This document shows, one piece after another, positions 1 to 10,108 of a DNA stretch of 37,172 nt (the stretch's first letter is position 1; the number at the start of each line of letters is the position of its first letter). A program made the translations under genes and the position numbers. The notes beneath the pieces are model-generated. The model was given only the letters and a program-made list of their open reading frames with translations, was not told the DNA's origin and did no database searches. Source of the DNA: Gammaproteobacteria bacterium (GTDB lineage Bacteria > Pseudomonadota > Gammaproteobacteria > SZUA-229); assembly GCA_029881425.1 (NCBI GenBank), contig JAOUMO010000001.1, positions 1 through 37,172 on the forward strand. The letters run 5' to 3'.

Positions 1-394
<394 letters not shown>

Positions 395-682
395 AATACT
401 AAGTGTCTGTTCATACTCGTTTACTCTGACTTACATTACGTTTGAATAAAACGTTGTGTGTCAGACAAGTACCAGGGCAGATCGCCATATAAATATGACA
501 CCCTGTTATTTCTTGTCTTTGTACTCACTCATCGTAAGTACCCACACAAATTATCTAATCTGAATTTTTAATCAACATCGCTCAAGGCGAGCCCGACAGT
601 ATATCAACTCACTAAACATTTCGCTAGCTCTTTGATAACTTTTCCTTCCGGCTTACTGCTGTCATTCCCTAACAGAGCGCGC

Positions 683-740
683 ATTCTATAGTCTTCAGAA
701 TAAAACACAAGCCCTATTTTAACTTTTTTTAATATTCCTG
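683..740 (-). promoter_or_regulatory. rrn promoter candidate: -35, 16-nt spacer, -10, GC-rich discriminator, with an AT-rich UP-like element upstream
   Basis: The minus strand reads GGAATATTAAAAAAAGTTAAAATAGGGC-TTGTGT-16 nt-TAGAAT-GCGCGC. On the plus strand the -10 is at 683-688 and the -35 at 705-710. This architecture resembles E. coli rrnB P1. It lies about 290 nt upstream of the 16S 5' end. Confidence 0.55.
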
Positions 741-752
741 TAACAAACCGCG

Positions 753-1952
753 TTACAGCAGCTCTACCCTGGCAAATTTACGCTTACCCACCTGTATAAC
801 CTGACTGCTTCCTGCCTTTAATTTCAATTGCTTATCGTCTACTTTATCGCCGTCTATCTTCACTGCGCCCTGCTGGATCATGCGCATGGCATCCGAGGTA
901 CTGCCCGTTAAACCTGCCATCTTTAGGACATTGGCGATCGCCATCTCGCCATTTTCTGACTGGATGCTAACCTCTGGCATTTCATCCGGCATGGCACCCT
1001 TCTGGAAGCGGGCAATAAAGCTTTCTCTTGCCCTGGTCGCCGCATCGGCATCATGGAAGCGCTCGATGATTTCCTCCGCCAGCCTGAACTTGATATCCCT
1101 TGGATTACCACCCTGTTCAATTTCAAGTTTAAATGACTCAATCTCTGCTATCGGGCGGAAGCTCAATAATTCAAAATAACGCCACATCAGCTCATCTGAG
1201 ATCGACATGATCTTGCCGAACATATCATCCGGGGCATCAGCGACACCAATGTAGTTATTTAAGGACTTGGACATTTTCTGCACGCCGTCCAGGCCTTCAA
1301 GGATAGGCATCATTAAAACAGTCTGTGGCTCCTGGCCATGCTGCTTTTGCAACTCGCGCCCCATGAGCAGGTTGAATTTCTGGTCGGTACCCCCCAGCTC
1401 TACATCGGCCTTTAATTCCACCGAGTCATAACCCTGTATCAAAGGATAGAGGAATTCATGAATCGCAATCGGCTGATTGCTGCCATAGCGCTTACTGAAA
1501 TCATCACGCTCCAGCATGCGTGCGACGGTCAGGCTGGATGCCAGCTTGATCAGGCCAGCCGCATCCATACTACCCATCCAGCTGGAATTGAACATCACCA
1601 GGGTTTTTTCGGGATCGAGGATCTTAAAAATCTGCTGCTCATAACTTTTGGCATTCTCTATAACCTGGTCACGCGTCAACGGGGGCCGTGTTGTGCTCTT
1701 ACCCGTTGGATCACCAATCATGCCGGTAAAGTCGCCAATGAGGAAAATAACCTCATGGCCTAACTGCTGAAACTGGCGTAATTTATTAAGCAACACCGTG
1801 TGGCCCAGGTGCAAATCAGGGGCTGTTGGATCAAAACCCGCCTTGATACGCAGGGATTTGCCGGTTTTCAGCTTTTTAACCAGCTCTTCTTCAACTAGAA
1901 TCTCTTCAGCACCGCGCTTGATAATTTCTAGCGCTTCATCCAGGGATGACAT
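753..1952 (-). CDS. tyrS: tyrosine--tRNA ligase (399 aa form with C-terminal S4-like domain)
   Basis: Class I motifs HLGH (PDLHLGHTV) and KMSKS are present. Length and overall sequence are typical of gammaproteobacterial TyrRS. Confidence 0.95.
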   Translation of the reverse strand: MSSLDEALEIIKRGAEEILVEEELVKKLKTGKSLRIKAGFDPTAPDLHLGHTVLLNKLRQFQQLGHEVIFLIGDFTGMIGDPTGKSTTRPPLTRDQVIENAKSYEQQIFKILDPEKTLVMFNSSWMGSMDAAGLIKLASSLTVARMLERDDFSKRYGSNQPIAIHEFLYPLIQGYDSVELKADVELGGTDQKFNLLMGRELQKQHGQEPQTVLMMPILEGLDGVQKMSKSLNNYIGVADAPDDMFGKIMSISDELMWRYFELLSFRPIAEIESFKLEIEQGGNPRDIKFRLAEEIIERFHDADAATRARESFIARFQKGAMPDEMPEVSIQSENGEMAIANVLKMAGLTGSTSDAMRMIQQGAVKIDGDKVDDKQLKLKAGSSQVIQVGKRKFARVELL

Positions 1953-2038
1953 TGATGAACTCCAAATATTTAACTAATCACACCATGAAACCCACAGTGT
2001 GTGATGAAAACAGGGCGTTATACAAGAGCACAACAGGA

Positions 2039-3202
2039 ATGGCAACACATTCTCTCCATTCATTCTTCATCATGACTATGCTGCTGGCCAGCATAATATG
2101 TAGCACTGGCTGCTCGCAAGCCATCGAACAAACTATCACCTTAAAGCTAAAGCAAGCCGAGGCGTCCAGCCCTGTTGCTGGAATATTACCCACCACACTT
2201 AATGATGCCCGGATAAAAATAGCGGCTGTGGGTGACATCATGCTAGGTGGTACCGCCGAGCCCGTTTTACAGGAACTGGGGTACAGTTACCCCTTTGATC
2301 AGGTTCGACACCTGCTACAATCAGCCGATATAAGCATCGGCAACCTTGAAGGCCCACTTACCCACCACGATCAACCTTATGCCAACAAGAGCTATCTTTT
2401 CAGGACCCCGCCAGAACTTGTAGCGCCCGCATTGAAACAGGCAGGCTTCACGATCATGAACCTGGGCAATAACCATATCATGGACTACGGCGCACAAGGC
2501 CTCAAAGATACCCTTTCCGCACTGCAGCAGCAGGGCATAATGACGGTAGGCGCCGGATCGGACCTGTACCATGCAAGGCAGGCCACTATATTGAGTATCA
2601 AATCCCAGAAAATCGGCTTTCTCAGCTACTCACTCACCTTCCCCAAAACCTTCTGGGCAACGGAGACCAGCCCAGGCACCGTATTTGGTCACGAAAAAAA
2701 AATTCAGGCCGATGTAACAGCACTTAGACACGATGTTGATATTGTGGTTGTATCCTTCCACTGGGGACAGGAAAAATCCAATGAATTACGCGAGTACCAG
2801 CCTATACTGGCCCATGCCGCGATTGACGCGGGCGCCAGCCTGATCATTGGTCACCACCCCCACGTATTACAGGCTGTTGAGCAATACAAGCAGGGCGCGA
2901 TCCTGTATAGCCTTGGCAACTTTACCTTTGGCTCCTATAGCCGCAGCGCTGATATCAGCATAATTGCCACCGCTATTTTTAATAATGGACAACTGGAATC
3001 AATCGAGATGACCCCTATCAGCGTACTCAACATCGAGGTTAATTTCCAGCCTCAGCGACTCACGGGACAACCCGCTGAACAGGCGATTGATCATATAAAA
3101 CAGTTATCACTGCGAAGAAATACACATATTGAGCAGGCCAGCGGGATAGCCAAATTACAATCTGCTAGAATTTCCATGCAAACGAATCCAGATTTGCATT
3201 GA
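2039..3202 (+). CDS. CapA/PGA_cap family metallophosphatase-like lipoprotein
   Basis: CapA-type motifs are AVGDIMLGG, GNLEGPLT, NLGNNHIMDYG, SFHWGQE and GHHPHVLQ. The N-terminus carries a lipobox (LLASIICSTG-C). The ORF is open back to 1946, but that start would overlap the divergent tyrS start codon, so an internal ATG (2039 or nearby) is more likely. The start is uncertain. Confidence 0.8.
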   Translation: MATHSLHSFFIMTMLLASIICSTGCSQAIEQTITLKLKQAEASSPVAGILPTTLNDARIKIAAVGDIMLGGTAEPVLQELGYSYPFDQVRHLLQSADISIGNLEGPLTHHDQPYANKSYLFRTPPELVAPALKQAGFTIMNLGNNHIMDYGAQGLKDTLSALQQQGIMTVGAGSDLYHARQATILSIKSQKIGFLSYSLTFPKTFWATETSPGTVFGHEKKIQADVTALRHDVDIVVVSFHWGQEKSNELREYQPILAHAAIDAGASLIIGHHPHVLQAVEQYKQGAILYSLGNFTFGSYSRSADISIIATAIFNNGQLESIEMTPISVLNIEVNFQPQRLTGQPAEQAIDHIKQLSLRRNTHIEQASGIAKLQSARISMQTNPDLH

Positions 3203-3251
3203 AATCTTTCCAATTTCAGGCTATTTTAAAAAGAAAACTGTAGATAATTCC

Positions 3252-4649
3252 GTGAATTACGATAGATTTATAAACAAAGACTTTCGAAACCACTCGCAAA
3301 ACAACAATCACCCGCGACTGCGCTGGCTATTACTCATCGCCGGTTGCGCGCTGATCAGTGTCGTGTTGGCCGCAAGCCAGATAGATTCAGCACCGGATGC
3401 CCTGCCTGATACAACCGAGGCATTGACCCAATTAAACGATACAACAGATGCCGAATCCAGGCTCATCAAACTGCAATTACCCAGTATAACCAGCGCTACG
3501 CCAGATAATGAAGCTGAGGCCAGCGAATTCAGCCAGCAACATCAGTGGCAATCCTTCACTATTAAAAGCGGTGATAGCCTGTCCAGCCTGTTCGACAAGG
3601 CAGGCATAAAACCTGACCAGCTCATCGAGGTTATCAAGCTGGGCGATGACAGCCGCGCCCTGAAACGCATTCACCCCGGTGATAAAATCCAGCTTGAAAC
3701 CAATGAGCAGGGACAATTACTGGCGCTTAACTACAACCTCGATTACAGCCGCTACCTGCGTATTATTCGCCAGGCTGATGGCCTCTCGGCAAAAACCATG
3801 AAGCATGCTATCGAGACACGGACGGCCTATGCCCATGGCGAAATTGATTCATCGCTATTCCTCGCCTCACAAAGGGCCGGCCTGTCCCAGAACCTGACCA
3901 TGGAACTGGCCAATATTTTTGGCTGGGACATCGACTTTGCACTGGACATACGTGAAGGTGATCGATTTAATCTTATTTATGAAGAAATATTCAAGGACGG
4001 TGAGAAAATCAGGGACGGCAATATCCTTGCCGCCGAATTTATCAACCAGGGCAGGACCTACCGCGCCCTGCGCTACACTAATCCTACTACCAATGAAGCC
4101 GGCTACTACTCACCCGATGGCCTCAGCTTACGTAAAGCCTTCCTGAGAAGCCCGGTCAATTTCAGTCGCATCAGTTCAAAATTCACGACACGGCGCTTCC
4201 ATCCCTTACTGCATAAATTCCGTTCACATAAGGGTGTCGATTATGCGGCCGCACGGGGCACACCGGTAAGGGCATCGGGTAATGGCAAAGTGGTTTTCAA
4301 GGGGGTCAAAGGCGGCTACGGTAAAACCCTCATCCTCAAACATGGCGGCAAATACAGTACACTGTATGCGCATCTATCCAATTACAATCGAAACCTTCGC
4401 TCTGGCAGCAAAGTCAGCCAGGGACAGGTGATCGGCTATGTTGGCTCGACCGGCCTGGCCTCCGGCCCTCACCTGCATTATGAATTCCGCGTCAATGGCG
4501 CCCACAGGAACCCCTTAACCGTGAAGTTCCCAAGCACCAGCCCCATCCCACAACGACATAAAGACAACTTTGAGCTTACTACCCAGACCTATATTGCACA
4601 GCTCGATGTATTATCACGCAACACCCTGGCATTTAATGACGAACAATAA
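3252..4649 (+). CDS. M23 family murein DD-endopeptidase (MepM/YebA-like) with N-terminal membrane anchor and OapA/LysM-like region
   Basis: HKGVDYAA (HxxxD) and GSTGLASGPHLHYE (HxH) are M23 zinc motifs. An N-terminal TM helix (WLLLIAGCALISVVLAA) is present. The start is GTG. Confidence 0.88.
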   Translation: MNYDRFINKDFRNHSQNNNHPRLRWLLLIAGCALISVVLAASQIDSAPDALPDTTEALTQLNDTTDAESRLIKLQLPSITSATPDNEAEASEFSQQHQWQSFTIKSGDSLSSLFDKAGIKPDQLIEVIKLGDDSRALKRIHPGDKIQLETNEQGQLLALNYNLDYSRYLRIIRQADGLSAKTMKHAIETRTAYAHGEIDSSLFLASQRAGLSQNLTMELANIFGWDIDFALDIREGDRFNLIYEEIFKDGEKIRDGNILAAEFINQGRTYRALRYTNPTTNEAGYYSPDGLSLRKAFLRSPVNFSRISSKFTTRRFHPLLHKFRSHKGVDYAAARGTPVRASGNGKVVFKGVKGGYGKTLILKHGGKYSTLYAHLSNYNRNLRSGSKVSQGQVIGYVGSTGLASGPHLHYEFRVNGAHRNPLTVKFPSTSPIPQRHKDNFELTTQTYIAQLDVLSRNTLAFNDEQ

Positions 4650-5758
4650 TGGCTGATCTCTACATTGGCCTGATGTCCGGTACCAGCATGGATGGCATCG
4701 ATGCTGCCGTGGCCGAATTTGATCATGACCAGATTCGACTACTGGCACACCACAGCCATCCTGTACCCGAAAAACTCGCACAGACACTCATGCACCTGGC
4801 ACTGGACAAGCCACTTTCCAGCCTGGATATACTGGGTCAGGCAGACGCCGAACTGGGTGAATGCTTTGCCGCAGCAACCCGTGAACTGCTTAGCAAGGCA
4901 TCTCTAGAGGCCTCATCCATCAGGGCCATAGGCTCACATGGACAGACTATTCGGCACAGGCCTGACGCACCCCGCCCTTTTACAATGCAAATTGGCAATG
5001 CCAATTTAATTGCACAGAAAACCGGCATCACCACCGTGGCCGACTTCAGGGGCCGTGATATTGCTGCCGGGGGCGAGGGCGCACCACTTACGCCCGCCTT
5101 TCATCAAACCCTGTTTAGTTCTACAGATGAAAATCGTGGCATCCTGAATATTGGCGGCATCACCAATATTACCTACTTACCCTCGACTAAAAATAAAAAA
5201 TGCTTTGGCTTTGATTGCGGCCCGGGCAACATGCTAATGGATGCATGGATTCAACAGCACCTGGGCAAAGCCTTTGACGAGAATGGCGACTGGGCCGCAA
5301 GCGCAGCGCCCCACGAACCCCTTGTCGCACAATTAATGGATGACCCCTTCATACGGAAGACACCACCCAAAAGCAGTGGCCGCGAGCATTATAATCTGCA
5401 ATGGCTGAATCAACAGCTAGTGCATTTTCGAGGATTAGAACCTGAAACGATACAGGCTAGCCTGTGTGAATTTACTGCCCGCTCAATCCAGTCGTCTGTG
5501 GAAAACTTCCTGCCGGACATCAGTCGTTTAATTATCTGTGGTGGTGGCGCACACAACACCCACCTGATGGACAGCCTGCGACGACTGAACCCGGGTATAG
5601 CAATTGACTCCAGTGAATTTTTTGGCCTGCACCCTGACTGGGTAGAGGCAGTGGCCTTTGCCTGGCTGGCAAAACAGACTATTGAAGGTAAATGCGGCAA
5701 CCTGCCCGAAGTCACGGGCGCCAGCCAGCCCGTCATCCTGGGCGCCATCTACCAATAA
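4649..5758 (+). CDS. anmK: anhydro-N-acetylmuramic acid kinase
   Basis: The N-terminus is YIGLMSGTSMDGIDAA. Length (369 aa) and sequence are typical of AnmK. The start overlaps the upstream stop by 1 nt (TAATG). Confidence 0.93.
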   Translation: MADLYIGLMSGTSMDGIDAAVAEFDHDQIRLLAHHSHPVPEKLAQTLMHLALDKPLSSLDILGQADAELGECFAAATRELLSKASLEASSIRAIGSHGQTIRHRPDAPRPFTMQIGNANLIAQKTGITTVADFRGRDIAAGGEGAPLTPAFHQTLFSSTDENRGILNIGGITNITYLPSTKNKKCFGFDCGPGNMLMDAWIQQHLGKAFDENGDWAASAAPHEPLVAQLMDDPFIRKTPPKSSGREHYNLQWLNQQLVHFRGLEPETIQASLCEFTARSIQSSVENFLPDISRLIICGGGAHNTHLMDSLRRLNPGIAIDSSEFFGLHPDWVEAVAFAWLAKQTIEGKCGNLPEVTGASQPVILGAIYQ

Positions 5759-5779
5759 ATAACCCTGCAATAAAGCCGA

Positions 5780-6910
5780 TTAACGCTTAGCCATGTCCAC
5801 ATAGGGCCGCTCACTGTGTCCCGTATAAACCTGTGTCGGCCTGAAAATACGATTATCAGTCAACTGCTCCTGCCAGTGCGCCAACCAGCCAGCCGAGCGC
5901 GATATCGCAAACAGGGGTGTAAACTGGTCCGTAGGAATACCCATTTCCTTATATAAAATACCCGAATAGAAATCTACATTAGGGAAGACACCCTTGGCAG
6001 CAAGACGCTCACCACCAGCCTCTTCCAGGGCAATCGCAGTCTCGAGCATGGGACTGATAGAGCCTTTCTTTTCCGCCCACTCCATCATCATTTTCTGCAA
6101 TATAGTTGCACGCGGGTCCTTCACCTTGTATTCCCTGTGACCCATACCCCAGATTTTCCCCTTGTTATCCAGCTGCTTATTAATCCAGTCCTTCGCATTT
6201 TCCGGGCGGCCTATTTCCTCCAGCATATGCACTACTTTTTCATTGGCACCACCATGCAGGGGCCCGGCAAGCGTACCTATAGCCGCCGCTATCACCAGGT
6301 AGGGACTGGCCAGGGTTGATGCGGCAACCAGGGCCGCAAAGGTCGAGGCATTAATGGTGTGTTCGGCATGCAGGATCAGGCAGGCATCCATGATCCTTGC
6401 GACATCAGGGTCGGGCTCCTCACCCATGAACATGTAAAGCAAATTCGCGGCGTAACCGAGTTCTTTTTTTGGCAGGATGGGATCATAACCGTTCCGGATA
6501 TGCTCCCACATGGTCACCAGCGATGCCATGCGGGCCACTATCTTTACCGACATTTTATAATCACTGTAACCATGGCTCGCGTCATCAGGATAAAACATAC
6601 CAAGGCTAGCTACCGCGGTCTGTAACATCTCCATAGGATGGCCAGTAACCGGTAAGTGCTTCATGATTTCACGCACATTATATTTGACGACACGATTACC
6701 GCTCATCAGGTGCTCAAACTCTGTGAGCTCATCTTTTGATGGCAACTCACCTTTTAGCAACAACAGGGTCGTTTCTTCAAAGGTACTTTTGGCAACCAGT
6801 TCTTCTATGCTGTAACCACGATAAGCCAGCAAACCGACATCACCATCCAGGTAGGAAATATTGGATTTTGTTGCAGGCACACCTGCCAGACCAGGAAGAT
6901 AATCACTCAT
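5780..6910 (-). CDS. citrate synthase / 2-methylcitrate synthase family, short (376 aa) type
   Basis: The protein is citrate-synthase-like throughout: GLAGVPATKSNISYLDG, GPLHGGANE, GHREYKVKDPR, FPNVDFYSG. There are no prpB/prpD neighbours, so citrate versus methylcitrate specificity is unresolved. Confidence 0.85.
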   Translation of the reverse strand: MSDYLPGLAGVPATKSNISYLDGDVGLLAYRGYSIEELVAKSTFEETTLLLLKGELPSKDELTEFEHLMSGNRVVKYNVREIMKHLPVTGHPMEMLQTAVASLGMFYPDDASHGYSDYKMSVKIVARMASLVTMWEHIRNGYDPILPKKELGYAANLLYMFMGEEPDPDVARIMDACLILHAEHTINASTFAALVAASTLASPYLVIAAAIGTLAGPLHGGANEKVVHMLEEIGRPENAKDWINKQLDNKGKIWGMGHREYKVKDPRATILQKMMMEWAEKKGSISPMLETAIALEEAGGERLAAKGVFPNVDFYSGILYKEMGIPTDQFTPLFAISRSAGWLAHWQEQLTDNRIFRPTQVYTGHSERPYVDMAKR

Positions 6911-7096
6911 GCGAGCGTCCTTATTAAGCCTTGAAAGGCCCCTAGAATAGCAAACTATAGATATATGTGTACTGACTTATGTTAATTACAATTACAATTC
7001 CACTAACCGGGCTTATCAGCCCTGTGGGGCCTTAAAACCAGGCTTATCTTTCACGAAATATAAATCGGTCAAGGCGAACATGTTTTTAGCAGGCAT

Positions 7097-7123
7097 AAAA
7101 AAAGGCGCTAACGCGCCCTTTTT
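7097..7123 (-). terminator. short intrinsic terminator downstream of erpA
   Basis: AAAAAAA-GGCGC-TAAC-GCGCC-CTTTTT. On the minus strand the 5-bp GC stem is followed by T7. The stem is short. Confidence 0.45.
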
Positions 7124-7178
7124 AAAGAAATAACGACTTAAGTCTATCCACCACGGCCCTGCAACACAGGCCCTTTAC

Positions 7179-7541
7179 TTATTCGGGTGAAAAAGACGAA
7201 CCACAGCCACAGGTGGTCTGTGCATTAGGATTACGAATAATAAATTGCGCACCCTGCAGGTCTTCCTTGTAATCGATCTCCGCACCCACCAGGTACTGGT
7301 AGCTCATTGGATCAATTAACAGCGTTACACCACCGTTTTCAACCGAGGTATCGCCGTCGTTAATCGCTTCATCAAAGGTAAAACCGTATTGAAAACCGGA
7401 ACAACCACCACCGGAAATAAATACACGAAGCTTCAGATTGGGATTATTTTCTTCCTCGATCAGGCTTCTAACCTTGGCCGCAGCATTATCAGTAAAAACC
7501 AGTGGCGCAGGAATCGCATTTTCAGCTGTTTCGGCAGTCAT
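7179..7541 (-). CDS. erpA: iron-sulfur cluster insertion protein ErpA (HesB/IscA family)
   Basis: 120 aa A-type carrier. It has the C-terminal CGCGSSF motif and an upstream Cys in [10 protein letters not shown]. Confidence 0.93.
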   Translation of the reverse strand: MTAETAENAIPAPLVFTDNAAAKVRSLIEEENNPNLKLRVFISGGGCSGFQYGFTFDEAINDGDTSVENGGVTLLIDPMSYQYLVGAEIDYKEDLQGAQFIIRNPNAQTTCGCGSSFSPE

Positions 7542-7580
7542 TCACATCTCTCCAAAATATCAGTATTTGCTAAAATAGCA

Positions 7581-7605
7581 TTACCTGACTATTTTAGTCA
7601 ACTTT
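7581..7605. promoter_or_regulatory. candidate IscR type-1 operator overlapping the putative erpA promoter
   Basis: TTACCT-GACT-ATTTT-AGTC-AACTTT matches the remembered type-1 consensus ATASYYGACTRWWWYAGTCRRSTAT at most positions. On the minus strand it overlaps a TTGACT(-35)-18 nt-TATTTT(-10) candidate promoter 40-65 nt upstream of the erpA ATG. Confidence 0.45.
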
Positions 7606-7649
7606 TAACAACAAATCCAGCTGAATCAACCTGAGCCGTAGGACTTAGC

Positions 7650-8096
7650 CTAACTGATACTCGTTGATACAGGCGCCGGATCTATTTCTGAGTCATCCGT
7701 TGCATCTGTATCTTTTTGATGTTCAAGAAGTTTTTTCTCATTCTTGCAATGCACCAGGCTACCATTGACCTCTGCACCCATGGCCATTTCAAGCATGTTA
7801 TAGAAAACATTGCCATTGACCTGGGCACGACTGGACAACTCCACCCGCTCCGCAGCATAAACATCACCGATGACTTCACCATTTAGTACCACATAAGGCA
7901 CGCGAACCTCGCCCTCGATACTGCCATGATCACTTAATACCAGCATGGAATCCGAGCCATCGTCGGCAATAACATTACCGATAATTTTCCCATCCACGTG
8001 TAGTCCACCACTAAAAATTAGATCACCACGTATTTCAATAGTATTTCCAATTAGTGTTTCTATCTTCGAAGCTTTACTTTTCGGTTTGCCCCACAT
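7650..8096 (-). CDS. bactofilin family polymer-forming cytoskeletal protein
   Basis: 148 aa. It has the repetitive beta-helix pattern typical of bactofilin/DUF583 (IEIRGDLIFSGGLHVDGKIIGNV, GSIEGEVRVPYVVLNGEVIGDV, AQVNGNV) and a disordered acidic C-terminus. Confidence 0.8.
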   Translation of the reverse strand: MWGKPKSKASKIETLIGNTIEIRGDLIFSGGLHVDGKIIGNVIADDGSDSMLVLSDHGSIEGEVRVPYVVLNGEVIGDVYAAERVELSSRAQVNGNVFYNMLEMAMGAEVNGSLVHCKNEKKLLEHQKDTDATDDSEIDPAPVSTSIS

Positions 8097-8856
8097 TATT
8101 CTGATCTCCCCCGGCTATGAGCTCATCCCAATTATACTGTTCATTCAAATCAGGCACCCTGGATGTTTTGGGCAATACTCTTATGTGCATGGATAGTGGA
8201 ACAAATTTCTCCGGAAATCTGATACCACCTTCAAAGTTCTGAAAATACTTAAATCCAAATATTTGCTGATTCTTAATTTTTTTAGTTGATATGGATGACA
8301 AATTCATCGTTACTATCTGGCCATCGGCCTGCTGGCCTTCAACAGAGATTTCGACAACGCCCCTGACAGGTACGTCATGCCTTCCATCCTGGATGAGTAC
8401 CACCTTGTAATTGTACTGATTATTACCTTCAGCTGTTAGAAAAACTTTTTTAATTTCAACTGTACGTTTATCTTTGGAGGGAGCGACAATATTACGATAA
8501 AACGTTAGCTCCTCTTTCATTTCGAGAATTTTTGCCTGCTCTTCTGCCAGTGTTTTCTGCACCTGGCTTCCTGCATCCTGGTCAATATCTCGACCACGCG
8601 ATAACTTGGCATTTTCCCTTAAGAGATTATCCTTTTCTGCAGACAGATCATTGAGACTTTTCTGCAAAAACTCAATCTCACTTTCGGTTTCGGCCTTATC
8701 AAAACCGGCTACATGTCGTCCGTGCTCGTAAGCGAGCATAATCAGCAGGCAAATAACTGCCAATATACCAAGCACAGACAACAACCACAAATGGGGGCGT
8801 TGTACAGAAATCAGATACTGGTTATGTACTGGAATCGGCTTCATTAATCTATGCAC
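8074..8856 (-). CDS. membrane-anchored coiled-coil protein (DUF6776-like), partner of the bactofilin
   Basis: One N-terminal TM helix (LWLLSVLGILAVICLLIMLA), then a heptad-like coiled-coil segment and a beta-rich C-terminal domain. The stop overlaps the bactofilin start by 23 nt. The family name is from memory. Confidence 0.6.
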   Translation of the reverse strand: MHRLMKPIPVHNQYLISVQRPHLWLLSVLGILAVICLLIMLAYEHGRHVAGFDKAETESEIEFLQKSLNDLSAEKDNLLRENAKLSRGRDIDQDAGSQVQKTLAEEQAKILEMKEELTFYRNIVAPSKDKRTVEIKKVFLTAEGNNQYNYKVVLIQDGRHDVPVRGVVEISVEGQQADGQIVTMNLSSISTKKIKNQQIFGFKYFQNFEGGIRFPEKFVPLSMHIRVLPKTSRVPDLNEQYNWDELIAGGDQNNVGQTEK

Positions 8857-8907
8857 TGGTAAACTTTCTAATTATTCTTCTGTAGAGTGTAGTCATAAAA
8901 TAGCGTT

Positions 8908-9939
8908 TTAAGGCAACAAAGCTATCTGATTAATACCACTATTTTCATTTAAACCAAACATGATATTCATATTATGCATAGCCTGACCTGCAGCACCCTT
9001 AAGCAGATTATCAATCACCGATGAGACCACGACTGTATCACCTTGTTGTGGACGGAACACGGAAATACGGCACATATTTGAACCTTTCACACTGCGTGTT
9101 TCTGGCATAACGCCCTCGGGCAATACGTCAACGAAGGGCTCATTGGCATAATACCGCTGGTAAAGTTCGGTTAATTCACCCACATCAGACTTTGTTTTTG
9201 CATACAGGGTAGCCTCAATACCACGAATCATTGGTACCAGGTGCGGCACAAAAGTAAGCCCGACAGTATGACCGGCGACAGCGGATAAAGTTTGCCTGAT
9301 TTCAGGCAAATGCCGGTGACCATTCACTGCATAGGGTTTGAAACTTTCCGATGCCTCACACAGGAGAGCAGCCACATTAGCACCACGACCTGCACCACTG
9401 ACACCGGACTTGGCATCAGCAATCAAACCCTGATCATCAATCAAACTATTTTCAATTAATGGCAAAAAACCCAGCGTGACCGCAGTGGGGTAGCAACCAG
9501 GATTGGCAATAATGCGCGCCTTTTTTATTGCCTCACGATTAATTTCAGGCAACCCATAAACGGCCTCTGCCAGCACATCAGGACAGGCATGATCCATGCC
9601 GTACCATTGCTTCCAGGTCGCCGCATCGTTAAGCCTGAAATCGGCTGCCAGGTCGATTATTTTTACGCCTGCATCGAGCAACTCTGCCGCCATACCCATG
9701 GCGGTGCCATTGGGTGTTGCAAAGAAAACCACATCACAGGATTTCAATGTTTCCAGGTCCGGCACCTGGAAACACAAATCCAGGTGACCACGCAGGTTCG
9801 GGAACATATCCGCGACAGACTCGCCTGCCTCTGAACGGGATGTAATAACAGATAATTCGACATCGGGATGACCTGCGAGTAAACGCAACAGCTCTGCCCC
9901 GGTGTAACCGGTTCCACCTACCACACCGGCTTTAATCAT
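8908..9939 (-). CDS. argC: N-acetyl-gamma-glutamyl-phosphate reductase
   Basis: N-terminal [14 protein letters not shown] Rossmann motif and active-site NPGCYPT. 343 aa. Confidence 0.94.
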   Translation of the reverse strand: MIKAGVVGGTGYTGAELLRLLAGHPDVELSVITSRSEAGESVADMFPNLRGHLDLCFQVPDLETLKSCDVVFFATPNGTAMGMAAELLDAGVKIIDLAADFRLNDAATWKQWYGMDHACPDVLAEAVYGLPEINREAIKKARIIANPGCYPTAVTLGFLPLIENSLIDDQGLIADAKSGVSGAGRGANVAALLCEASESFKPYAVNGHRHLPEIRQTLSAVAGHTVGLTFVPHLVPMIRGIEATLYAKTKSDVGELTELYQRYYANEPFVDVLPEGVMPETRSVKGSNMCRISVFRPQQGDTVVVSSVIDNLLKGAAGQAMHNMNIMFGLNENSGINQIALLP

Positions 9940-10108
9940 GGCTCACCTCTTTAAAATCTTATAATGCCCGGCACGCTATATAACCGGACTCATTAACGCA
10001 AGCCGTTAAGTATAGACGTAATTGTTAAATTTCAGAACAGATGTTTTACTTTTCAGCAGGTTATCACCGGGTTAAGATGCATCATCGAAACTTCTGACAG
10101 ACAAAAAC

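Noticed and set aside
627-639. boxA-like GCTCTTTGATAAC in the rrn leader region
   Set aside because: It reads in this orientation on the plus strand, whereas the rRNA is transcribed from the minus strand. It therefore cannot act as the leader boxA antiterminator. I found no convincing boxA on the correct strand.
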